Assembly (NCBI RefSeq): GCF_009914755.1 | Contig: NC_060932.1 | Direction: 5' to 3' (one strand) | Length of the DNA: 64,000 bases | From: the human T2T-CHM13v2.0 reference genome, Homo sapiens | Part shown: one piece after another, positions 52,216 through 64,000 of the stretch | How the letters are laid out: every line of letters starts with the position of its first letter | How positions within the stretch are numbered: position 1 is the stretch's first letter | The notes under the pieces: model-generated | What the model was told of the DNA's origin: nothing | The model's database searches: none | Seen by the model: the letters and a program-made list of their open reading frames with translations, nothing else | Position numbers and translations under genes: made by a program

Positions 52216-55200
52216 CAGCTTAGGCTTCATTTCAGTTCCTTAGTTTCCTTTGCCTGTTGGGCCATAAATTGGCACCTGGGCTCACCAGTTAATAGCTACA
52301 CAATTGCAGGTATTGTTTCCTTGAAGAAATGAACAGTCCCTAAAGGGCTGGTATGGCAAATCTGGTTCTCTTCAAGAAACCCAGGTATGATGTCAAGGAG
52401 AGGAAAATTATTTTTCTGAGTTTCAGAAATCTTCAGGAAATGCACTATGCCTTAAACATGGACCCTAATTCCTCATCCAGCCACACAAAGACCACTGTGA
52501 GCTTGTTTGGTTTGTCTTTTCATTCCTAGCTTCCACCAGTCTCCAGGAATGAGTATTCACTGCCTTATCCCATTTGTCACTCCATCCATATTGTTTACAA
52601 AGCCTGAAGGCCCTTCCCTTTCTCTATCTGGGAGTCTTTCCCAATGCTGAGGTCTTCCTTAATTCATGTGCTTTCATGGGGCCTGTTCCTGGCCAGAACC
52701 CTGTTAACTCCTTCCTCTCCTACTCTCTTGATTGATTTTAAGCTTGTGTTTTACTTCTTATCCAATTTGATCTTATCTCAGCCATTTGTGGATGAATCTG
52801 CCTCTCACAGTCAACCTTCATCTCATAGACAGAAGAAGTAGTGCCTTATTTATCCTTTTATCCTAACCCCACCCGTAAAAAAGGAACCTATCAGAGGTTA
52901 CAACACATTTTGTGCAGTTAGTTAAGATCAGTCCGCACGCCTCCTGACAGGTCATAGAAACTAGAGATGGAGGAAGGGAGTACTTTGTAAGGCCCCAGGA
53001 CTGGAGGGACAGGGACTGGGGAGCATTTGCAGGTCCACTGCTTCTTCTGGGAGATAAAGGCCAAAGACGCTCTCTCTCAGGTTGGCTTTGGGCAATCAAT
53101 GGAGTGGACTCATCATTGGGAGGCTCCGCCCTCCTTTCTGTCCATGTTTCTGACTCAAGGGCCCCTGCCACCACCTGATTCTAAAGCACCTCTTCCCACA
53201 AGCTTTCCAACTGCACAATTTACTGAAGACTGATCTGTTCTGAGTTGTGTGTCCTCAGGCATTATTTCATACAGAACTGGATCTCATAAATGAGGCCAGC
53301 CAGGTGGCATCTACTGTCTAGATGGAGCACTCTAGACATGTAACACTCCTGCAAGAAACACCTTGGAGGGACCTGGGCTCCCTCTCATAGTGTCCCCGCG
53401 TCTCCAAGCTCTCCTCAAGGGGTCACAGTAACTTCCACATTGGAAGAACAAGAGGGGACAGTCCCTGTATTCGGATGGCAGAGCCTCCCTACATGTTCAG
53501 GACAGGGCTTTGTCCTGGTGTGACACAGATTGTTCTGTCCCCCAGTGTCCCAGAAAGCAGCTGGGGCACAGTCCTGTGCTCTCAGACAGACAGGCACTCA
53601 GCCTGTGGCTTACTCCTTCCTCTCTCGGCTGGTGCACCGGCCCTCTCCCATGGGTTGGGTGGAACTACCATTTCAGCTGCCATGACTGTTTTATAGAAGA
53701 GAAGAAAGTTGGTTATGAATCCCACCCACTTGTCTTCAGACAGTGACAGCCTAAACATTACCCCCTAGGTAAAAAGAGCACGTCTGCTTTGCAAACTGAG
53801 CCTCAAGAAAAGTCCCTTAGCCACAGTCTTCCCATACTTCCATGCAGATGTCTGTCCCTAAGCTTCTATTATAGGGACATTCTGGAGCTGGCTCTCGAGT
53901 CACTGCAACCAAACGGCAACATCAGGAAAGTGAGTAGGGTGTATATTTCCAACCTGAGACAGCCTTGGTCGGGGCATATAACAGGCTTGCCTGAAAATGG
54001 GGACAAGGTGCTAAGGAGGGATGAAATGTGCAAAGAAAGGGAAACTTCAACAAACGGGACAAACTCAGTCCCTCGCAGCTTGCCTGGACCTGTCTTGGCA
54101 TGCACAGTGTCTTTCTGGGGCCACCCAGCAGGGCTGGCCAGCCTGCAGCCAAAGCCGGCAGCGTGCTCCCTGAGGTCCCATTTCAGTCTGTCTTTCCCTC
54201 TGCCCATCCTCCTCTTCCCCTGGGCAGCTCGTTTGCTTGCAACAGCCTCTCATTTCCCTGTGTTGGTTTAGTCTCAGGCCCAGACCCTGTTCAATATTTG
54301 TTTCCCCGGCTCTGCTATTTGCTCTCATTTCCATATGTTTAACATACATATTAGCTACCTCCTATGGTCCCATAGTTGTCACTGGCTCTTCCGGCCTCAG
54401 TCTGAGTCCCAGGGCCACTGAGCACCTGTCATCCCAGAAGGATGGTGCTGGGTTGCTGTTGCCTAAGCACTGGTGCCACCCTACCCACTCAGGGGACCCA
54501 AGTCTGGACAGCAGGACCTCAGAACTCCCTCTCACCTTTGCTTACCTCATCCCAAGTCACCCTTTCTTCCTTCTGGCAATGTAATATTGATTGATATTCT
54601 AGAACTATAATTTCTTCCTTAATGAGAAGTCAAGGTAAGAATACAATTAAAAGTTCTTAAAATGGACTCCAAAGCTTTTTCAGATTATCCCTTCCCACTG
54701 CCATCATCTCCTGCTGAACTTATTTTATCTTCCTCGCTCCACATTGGGCAACCTGCCTTCATCATAAGCTTCTTGATGAATCCTAGTGATCATCTAGCCC
54801 AACCATGGAGCTATGGCTTAAACGCCCCTTCAGTTATCCACCCCACATTCCTTCCATGTGTCCGGCACTGGGCTAGGTACCAGAGATTCAGAAATGACAG
54901 GGATAAATAGGAAGAAGCTGGAAGGACCTCACATCTAGTGTGGGAGGTGGAGACCCAACTATAATGCTGTGTGACAAATTTAAGATAGAGTTGGAAAGGA
55001 GGACCGTAACTCAGCCAAAGGTATCAGCAAAGTCTTCCTACAATCCTTTCATTATTGATTATTCCACATTTAGAGGAACTCACTACCTCCCAAAGTGCAT
55101 CCTTTCCCTTTCTGAGTTCTTGTGACACACATACTTCTTTCTGTGAGTACGTCCCTGTTGCCTGAAATCAGCAATCTAAATTTTTTTTTTTTTTAGTGAA

Positions 55201-55899
55201 AAGCTGCGTTATCCTTGAATGAACCCTGTCCCTCTGCCTCAATGTTTCCCCAGCTGTAGAAAGAAAAGGATAAAGCTCAGTGATTTCTAGAACTCCCCAA
55301 TCTTGTTGGTTCTACAGCAGATTGGCTCTCAGGGAGGCCTCTCCCCCATCCTCACTGCATCTTCTAAAAAGATGCCATGGGTCACCTTCCCCTTGCTTCT
55401 CCATAGCCTCTGGCCTCTTCTCCATGAGCCCACCTGCTCACTCTGCTAGCTGGCTTCTTTAAAATCCTGCTCATCATCTTATCCTGATTCCTTACTGCCT
55501 CCAGGAGAAATCCACACATCTTGGCTTCAGATACATTCAAGATATTTTATAATTGGCCCCAACATACCTTCTTCTTCCTGCTCTCTGCCACCATGGAACT
55601 GCTCCTGCTGTAATGCCTGTCTCACAGTTCCCCAGACATAAGAGTCCATTTCAACTCTGCACCCCTGGATATGATTCCTTGTCAACTTGAAAATCTGCTC
55701 CCTGTCTTAATCAATTAGAAAACTCCTATGTACACTCAAAGCCTGGTTCACAGCCTAGGGGTAATAAATCTATTCTTCCTCTGCCCACCTGAAGCACACT
55801 GTTCATGCTTTCATAACGCCATCCTACAAGTCGGTCCTCAGTCCTACTCATGTCCTGGAATTTCTGCTCTTGTCTGGTCCTCTTTACACTGAATGAAGA

Positions 55900-56783
55900 T
55901 AACCTATGTAGCCAGTAGGATAGAGCTGTGAGAATGTGTGACTTCCAGGACTAGGTTATAAAATACATTGCAACTTCTACCTTTCCCTTCATGGCTCACT
56001 CTGGGGAATCCAGCAGCCATGGAACCTGCAAATAGCCTGTGGGGAAGACCAAGACCAAGGGGACAAAGCTGAGGCCTCCTACCAACACTCAGGTATTAGT
56101 CTATTTTTGCACCACTATAAAAGAATACCTGAGACTGTGTAATTTGTGTGTGTGTGTGTGTGTGTATAAAAAGAGGTTTAATTGGCTCATGGTTCTGCAG
56201 GCTGTACACAACGCATAGTGACTTCTGCTTCTGGGGAGACCTCAGGAAGTTTCCAATCATGATGGAAGGCAAAGGGGGAGCAAGGCATCTCACCTGCAGG
56301 GAGCAGGAGCAAGAGAGAGTGAGCAGGGAGATGCTGTACACTTTTAAACAATCAGATCTCATGAGAACTCACTCACTGTCACGAGAACAGCACCAAAAGG
56401 ATGATGCTAAACAATTCATGAAAAATCCACCCCCATGATCCAACCACCTACCACTAGGCACCACCTCCAACAGTGGGGACTACAATTCAACATGAGGGTT
56501 GGTGAGGACACAGATCCAAACCATATTAACCACATCAACTTGCCGGCATGCAAGTGAGCCATTGTCTCAAGTGCATCCTTCAGCCACAGTCAAACCTTCA
56601 GATGACTGTGTTCCCAGTCAACAACTTGACTGCAACCCATGAGAGACCCTGAGCCAGAGCCACCAAGCTAAGTGGTTCCTATTTTGGATCCACAGAAACT
56701 GTGAGAGATAATAAATGCCCATTGGTGTTTTAAGCCATTAGGTTGTGGGGCACTTTGTTACAAGGCATTAGATAACATGAACA
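55900..56783 (+). mobile_element. MLT1F-like LTR split by an MST LTR
   Basis: TGTGACTTCCAGGACTAGGTTATAAA, CAGTCAAACCTTCAGATGACTG and GAAACTGTGAGAGATAATAAATG...TTTAAGCCATTA. Confidence 0.75.
56092..56528 (-). mobile_element. MSTA/MSTB-like LTR containing a (TG)11 microsatellite
   Basis: GTATTAGTC...AGAATACCTGAGACTG...GAGGTTTAATTGGCTCATGGTTCTGCAGGCTGTAC...CACAGATCCAAACCATATTA; TG run near 56145-56166. Confidence 0.9.
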
Positions 56784-59279
56784 ACAGCTTTTACTCTATT
56801 GCATTAAAGTGTATCTTTTTACAGGCTTCTCTGTACAATCCATCAGCATCTTTGAAAACATGGGCATATGTCTTTCTCCTCCAAATCTATAGTGTCTAGC
56901 AAACTGCATGATGCAAAAAAAGTAGGCTATAAATAAATCCTTGCCTAACTTATTAATTAGTAATTAATTTTTTAAAGCCCTAAAGATCTGGTTTATATTT
57001 CTCCTTGTTCAACTACTTGATTCTTTGCTGTAGCTTCCTTTAGGCATCAATCTGTCCCATACCCCCACCTCCATACTCTACAGGGCTCTACATCACATTT
57101 GCAGTTTGCAAAAGACCTTTTACCTGCCTGTTCATTCCTACAATGACATTCTGAGGTTGGCAGAGCAGGTATGATTAAGCATATTTTACATAAAAAAGGT
57201 TAAGTTTCTTGTCCCAGTTTGTCAAAGAGTCCCAGTTTTCCTAGACTTTCCCAATTTTCCTAGGAGCTCAGTTCAGTGTCCCTTATACCACCCTTTCTTG
57301 GATAGGTGAGCTGGATATTGTAGATACTTTAGCTGCTTCTCTCTAAAGACCCATCACTGGGGGCTTCTGAAGGAGCCCAGCTTCCTATTTCAAGATAAGA
57401 ATGCAGACAATCATTCACACATATAAGACTTTCCTGCCTGGCTACCCTTCTCTCTTTCCGAGGCTGGAAGCTCAGCCACCCTGGGCCACCCTGGACCACC
57501 CTGGGCTGTGATGACACAGAGTCTGGGTATAGGGTGTGCCTTGGTTTGGTGTTCTATCTCCTTATTAGTACAAGCTAATGCCACTTACCCCTGTTAGCTG
57601 CACACACACACTGCAGATTTCCTGCAAGAGCCATGGTGGTGTTTGCTTGGAGAGATTGTCTGAAAAATAACCTCTTTCCCTAGCATCCAGAAATAGCTTT
57701 TGATGTTATCTTAAAAAAAACAATTTTGGGACCAAAATTTAGAATAAAGCTGAGTGCCAGTAAATGCCTACATGACTGCTTCCAAGGGAAATCAGAAAGG
57801 ATTTCTAGAGACGCTAAAGCTGTATATTATTGTAAGCCCGTGGAGCTGAAAAGCTCCTGGACTGAGTGTCAGAAGACCTTTCTTTTCGAATTCCAACTCT
57901 CATCACAGTAGCAGCACTGAACCTCTTTGCGGTACAGTGCTTCTGTCTATAGGAACACAGTCATCCTCCTTTCTGTATTAAAATCATGAGACCAGGGAGA
58001 AGGTGAATAAACATCATACTCATCATGTACCAAACACCTAGGATGTGCCACATGCTATATTAGGCACTTTGCAGCTCTTAACTCATTTAAGTTTCACAGC
58101 AATGCTATGAAGTAGGCATTTTCTCTACTTAAGTAACAACTAAACCAAAACTTAGAATAGTTAAGTAGGATGCTCACCAGGCAGTAAATCAAGGGTAGAA
58201 CTGGGATGCAAACTTCAGCTTTTTCCACTTTGCTGTGATGACAAGTAAGAGAATACATCTTAACATGCTCTAAACATTCCTCTTTAAAAAAATCAAATGA
58301 CATGAAAACAAAGACGAAAGAACCCAGCATTTGGAGATAGGCCCAGTGATACATGCCACTCTCCTTGGTTCTCCTTTTCTGACTTCCCAGGGCAAAGACT
58401 ACACTCCGAAAGCATGGATCCTGGACAGCCTATGTTCCCGAGCTTCTGCAGATGAGGGTGAGGGAAGGGTGGACACCCCACAGCTCCTGCAGACTGACAA
58501 AAGCTCTCTCTTACCTGCCAGTCTAGATTCCACCTCATCCCTACCCTGTGTAAGGAAGAACAGGGTTTCGTCGTCTCTCTGGGAAGCTGCAGATGGCTCA
58601 TTTTTGCATTCTTCCCATTTCTTAAAAGTACTGCACATGAATTTTTAAAAGTAAAATTGATTTAAATTGATTCTATTTAAATTTTCTTTTATTTTAGACG
58701 TTTCACAATGCCTCCTAGGATAACTGCAGCCTTTCTGTGTGTTCAAAAACAGACTTTGGAGCCTATATTGAACTCACATACAGCTCCTTCCAGGTCATAA
58801 AGGCAGCTCTTTTCAGCTCTAGAATTCCATATTCAGTCAAGTCCTGGTTCTCATCTTGTGCACTTTGTGAATGGCACAGAGGCCCACAATTGCTTAATGC
58901 TCAGGACAAAACCCAGAACTTGATATTTTTCTTGCCCAACATTTTTCTTCCAACCCAGATTCCTGAGAGCTCATTTGTACCTCTATTTGTCTGCCCCAGA
59001 GTCCCTAAAATACAGCAACCTCGCTTTAATTCTATTGCCATTCAACTGCCTGACTTTGAGCACATGACTGAGCCTTCTCTGTGACTCAGTTTCCTCTTCA
59101 TGATCACTGCTCTATGTCCTTCCCGCAGCTGCTGTGACAATGATGTTAAAGATGCCCCACAGTGGCCACACCACCCTTGTCCCTTTTGGTCACTGTGCTG
59201 AGACAGGCACTTGGGATTAGACTCTTTTTCATCCCTCAAAAGGTAACCCTGGGGAGGAACTCACTTGATCACTCTAATT

Positions 59280-59600
59280 TTCCATGGCTAGTTACACATA
59301 CCAGCCTCCAGCCCCACCCTTCACTTGGCTAACTCTAGCTCTTCATATCCTGGTCCTCTGCAGAAGTCACTTTCTCCAGGAAACTTCCCTGATCGCATGC
59401 AGTCTTGGTTAGGTGCCCTTCTTAAGGAGTCTCACCGCATCCCATCATAACCATCACCACGTGGTGTAATTGTTTCTCTGTCTGTCTCATCCACCAACCT
59501 CTAAGCTCTGTGAGCGTATCTCACTCTCCTTGTTCATCATTGTATATCCAGAGCCTAACAGAGTGGCTGGCACATAGTAGGTATGAAAAAGCACAGAATA
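59280..59600 (+). mobile_element. L2 3' fragment
   Basis: TCACTTTCTCCAGGAAACTTCCCTGA, CTAAGCTCTGTGAG and TGGCTGGCACATAGTAGGT. Confidence 0.7.
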
Positions 59601-62600
59601 AGCCTGTCTGTCCTGCCCCTTCATGGAGCTGCTATGGGGAGTGAGTCTTTCAGCAAGCCACTTCATGTCTCCTGGCTTCAATTTCCTCCTCTTTAAAAAG
59701 CATGGTTTGAACTAGCTGTTCTCTATCATTCTTTCCTGCACAATAATCTGTAATTCTGTGATTCTAAATAAGGTAATGCATTGAAAGAACATGGAAAACT
59801 GTAGCACTTTAACCAACATAAGGATTGTATTTAACGTTACTATTATTATTCCACATGGTTTTCCCGATCTGTGCATCCTGGCAGCTCATGCCTCAGAATA
59901 AATGCAGCCTTCCTCCCGCAGCCAAAAGATTGGCCTTGTCAAAGACCGCCCCATAGGTCAACAGCAGTATTGCAACAGGGCTATGGATGGGTCTGACCCT
60001 CCTTTTCTTTCTTCACAACAGCCTTGGGAAATGTGTGAGGATCCTTTCATTCCTGCCATCCGAATATTGCCTGGGCTGAGTGGATGGGACCTTGTTTTTG
60101 CAGATAGTCTGTGATGACCTTAACTGAATTTTCTCATCTGGTCATTTGGTTTTGAGGATTTTTTTTCTTTCTTAAAAAAGCAAGAATCAAAAAATCAATA
60201 ATGTAAAAAAAAAAATGAAACAAAAAATAAATAAAGGAGAAGAAGACAGTCAGTGCGCCTCAAGTTTAAATTAGAATACAACGGTTTAATGCTCCCAAAG
60301 ACCAGACTATCGTTTCTTACCAGATTTCCCCTTGCATGAGCAATTGTGAAGCCAACCTGTCCAGAGGAATGAGTTGTCATTCCGCCAGATGAGCAAACAC
60401 CATCGATTTTAATGTGTGTGATAGAAACAAACAGCACTGAGCTCTCCCCCTCCACACCCTCCGCTGGACACTATTCAGTGGAAACAGACGCCCTGGTTTT
60501 GTTAAGTGTCCAGGCAGAAGCACCAGGAAGGGAGTGGCAATGGAAGGTTCAGGACTGGATGCAGGGAGATTCTTCCAAACAGACTGGGCCCCAAGAGCCT
60601 CCCAGTTCAGAAAAAACACTGAGTCATGAAACATGGACCCCCCAAAGGTGGGAAGGACTAGAGAAGGGGATCACAGTTCCTTGCCCGGACTGGGGAGGGA
60701 GGAGCCAACACATCACCTCTTAGAGGTCTTCAGACAGCTGCCACTGGGCCAGGGCAGGCACAGAAGACAATAAATGGGGCCAGGAGCAATGGCAAAACCT
60801 GCTAATGGGCCTTGTCATCAATGCCCAACCTAAGCTGCCTCCAAACCATGAGAACCGACTCAAAGAGAGTTTGCCGTTGAGGTTTTGCTGGTGATAATCT
60901 GTTATCAGAGGCAAGAAGCCTACTAAGCAGAGAGGAAAAGAGGAGGGCCCCTGGCAACCTAAGAGCTTGCCCCACAGCCCCCTAAAAAGATTCTATGGCC
61001 TACTGTCACTTGCAATGTCTGCTGACCAAACACTCAGGAGTTTTCTCTTCAAAGATCATGACTTGTGGTCTATGGCCTTCTGTGTTTATCTGGTTACAGA
61101 GTAGGCATCAAAGAAATATTTATACAATTCACTGACTGATGTTCTGTACCAACAGAGGAGAAGACAGCTCCTCAGATGGAATAAACCCACTGCATTAATG
61201 CTGAAAGCAATGAGCAGTTAACATATGTCAAGATATCAGCTTCTTAGGAGGGCTATGTGAGACCAAACAAAATCAAGACAGAGAATATTGGACACTGATA
61301 GTCAGGTAAGTGTTCCTGGCACTTCACAAATTAGTTTACTATCCTTATACCCAGGAGAGAGAGTCCCCAGTCTGGAAGCTGAGATCTGAGGTCTAACTTT
61401 TGTTATTAACAACACAAAATGATGACACACCCCAATGTTTCAGTAATAATAACCCTTGGTTGTTCAGCTCAACTTCTACATTGGTAGTCTACAGGAGGGT
61501 AATCATGAGATAAGGAGAACTCCAAGAATTCAGGATGGGGAATGCCATCTTCCCCTGTGAGCTAAACCTAGCAAAACCCACACACAGTGGAAGTGATTTG
61601 GCAACTGAAAATGTCAGTGCAGAGATTATCTGTAATTGGGTGACTTGAGGATTTATAAACACCCAAAACTCCAGTCAAGGTGATTTGGGAGCAAACTCAG
61701 AGAGATAATATTGGAGTGAGATTGTAATTTGGTAAGCAGAACCCTAATCAATCGTATTGTGCCTTCCTAGGAGAAAGTCATCTTCCAAACCTGCCCCTCC
61801 AGGGTTCTGTGAGTGTCTGTTCATCTGACAGGCAGGCACCTGCCATAAAGATACATGCTTCAGTCTGACAAAGCCAGTTGACAATGGAGTCATAGAATTC
61901 TTTTCTCTGGTTCTGAATCTATGATCCTCAAACATCCCTCTGATAAGTTTTGGACCCATATGGCTTGCGTGCAGAGAAAGAATAGACTGGACAGGCCAGA
62001 GCAACTTACATACAGTCCATCTCATAGTACCATTCCAACATATGCCTCTTGATGCTTTTGTTAATGTAAACGAGTGGATCCGAGTTCAATTGACAGGACA
62101 GATCTGAGGTCTAGGACACTACACTGAGGTCCAGGACCCAGAAAAGGGGGAATTTGTCTAGAAAACTAGCAGTCAGATGCCTGAGACCCTGCATTTACAG
62201 ACCACTCTCCCAGGGAAAAGTAGGTATTGAATTTTTCTTTAGAAAGGTGGCATTCTGGCATTTAATCCCCACATGTATGACATAGATTTTTTTATTACCC
62301 CTTCTGTTTATCAATAAGGAAGCTAAGATCCAATGGCTCAAGGTCACAGAGCATGTGGTATTTTGACTTTACACAATCCTGAGGCTCCCTCGGCAACATA
62401 ACAAGAATCACGGAAGATTTCCAAAGATCCCCCCCTCCGAGTCTGAAAAGGCTAGGCATGTGCTCCCCTCAATCCTATGTAAAAGGGCTGGCTGGCATGG
62501 GGTCAGATTGTCTTTGTAAAGACAGAGATCAAAAGGAGGTAGTTTTGATCCCACCCCACTGCACCTCCCTATTCCTTTTGCTGGCTGCAGTAGCCTCCGG

Positions 62601-63227
62601 CTTCCTTTCTGGGTCGTTCATAAGACCCTTGGCATTGGGTTCCTCTTGCTGAGGACTAAGAGGCATGGCCACGAGAGAAATCAGTCTGCTCCACCTGGGG
62701 AGACTCCCATAAACATCCATTTTCACCTACAGACCCTGAGCCCCGTGTGTACAGAACAGTACAATACTGTGGTCCCTAGGCTGCAGTGGAGGGTGGACAG
62801 AAAGGAGGAAGGCCATCCAGTGGCTCCCAGGCACTCTGTGGTCTAAGAAGCAAATCTGCCCTTCTCCTTCTCCTTGCCACTAGCTGAGGGGCACCGCTGG
62901 GGAATCTCCCAGGGAGATACAACCACAGAGTCTCATCCTTCCCCATTCCCTGTAGCTCTTCTCTTGCGTAATTAGCCCATAGGGATTGTAGCCACAGTCC
63001 AGGCCTTCTGAGGGCCAGAGGACTCCATCTCAGTGCCTGTGGAGGCAACGTAGGCATAGGATTTTACACAGTAGAATAGACACAGTTGTGCCTTCCAACT
63101 TCTCCCTCTTGATCATGGTCCTCTCCAGACCCTATTCTGTTCTTTATTCAGACCAAGATTCTCGTTCCCCTCCCCAAACAGCCTTTCTCTCCCAAGAAGA
63201 GTCTCTGAAACCTGTATCTCCTCTCAT

Positions 63228-63588
63228 TGTATTAGTCCATTTTCACACTGCTGATAAAGACAATTGCAAGTCTGGATACTTTATAAAGAAAAAGAGGTTT
63301 AATGTACTCACATTTCCACGTGGCTGGGGAGGCCTCACAATCATGGTGGAAGGTGAAAGGTACTTCTTACACGGCGGCTGCAAGACAGAATGAGAACTAA
63401 GTGAAAGAGGCTTCCCCTTATAAAACCATCAAATCTCGTGAGACTTATTCAAAACCAGGAGAACAGTATGGAGGAAAGCACCCTCATGATTCAATTAGCC
63501 CCCACCGGGTCCCTCCCACAACATGTGGGAATTATGGGAGCTACAATTCAAGGAGATGTTTGGATGGGCACACAGCCAAGCCATGTAA
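63228..63588 (-). mobile_element. MaLR solo LTR, THE1B/C-like
   Basis: TGTATTAGTCCATTTTCACACTGCTGATAAAGAC...GGGGAGGCCTCACAATCATGGTGGAAGG...GGGTCCCTCCCACAACATGTGGGAATTATGGGAG. Confidence 0.92.
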
Positions 63589-63859
63589 TCCATCTCAGAA
63601 ACCTTATCCAGTCTATCACCTCCCCTCCCTCCTTCCCTCTTGGGCAGTTTTTCTCTTTTAAATGTCTCTCACCAGCTCCCATTTCTTAAAGCCCCTGGTA
63701 GATCCTCAAATCAAAACTCCAACCAATATTCCCACTCCCTGCGCTCCTCCTTTCCTCCCATCCTGGCCTCAGCATTGCTCTACCACCTCTTGCAGCAATT
63801 ATGCTTGACCTGCGGGAGAAATTACCCAAGATTTACTTATTTATTTGTGAAAAATGAAG

Positions 63860-64000
63860 TTCCAATTATGGCATGTCCATATAGTGGAATGTTATGTAGT
63901 CATTTAAAATGACAGGGTAGAAGAAAATTTAATGAGGTGGAAAAATATTCACAACAATATATTCAGAGAGAAAAAGAGGCTACAAAACAGTGTGCAGGGA
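63860..64000 (+). mobile_element. L1ME-like 3' fragment
   Basis: AATTATGGCATGTCCATATAGTGGAATGTTATG...GAAAAAGAGGCTACAAAACAG. Confidence 0.55.

Noticed and set aside
61382-62137. Repeated AGATCTGAGGTCTA / CTGAGGTC(T/C)AGGAC words
   Set aside because: Matches of about 14 bp without extension; compatible with chance or local slippage.

Overview
Primate (hominoid, most likely human) non-coding genomic DNA. I can support no host protein-coding exon, RNA gene or CRISPR array. The long ORFs in the track are artefacts of low-complexity tracts or Alu/LTR sequence. Much of the window is interspersed repeats: about 11 Alus; MaLR LTRs (MLT1, MST, THE1); ERV1 solo LTRs (MER4D-, LTR8- and MER39-like); an internally deleted HERV-L/MLT2A provirus with intact 5-bp TSDs; old L1/L2/MIR fragments; and hAT/Tigger MITEs. 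Repeat subfamily names come from recalled consensus features, not from a search. Four structures stand out. (1) A TSD-flanked AluY has ~80 bp of its right arm replaced by a 99-bp inverted copy of sequence 14.3 kb away in this window (63154-63252), with microhomology at both junctions. (2) A ~4.15-kb CCACC/GGTGG tandem array has a 2.2-kb G-free plus strand and a hidden 347-bp higher-order repeat. (3) A 147-bp TSD-flanked orphan insert looks like a retrocopied mRNA 3' end. (4) A GC-rich candidate promoter/insulator (CTCF motif, GC box, TATA-like element) lies 1.7 kb upstream of the array. I did not find a new multi-gene system; the novelty here is structural and regulatory.
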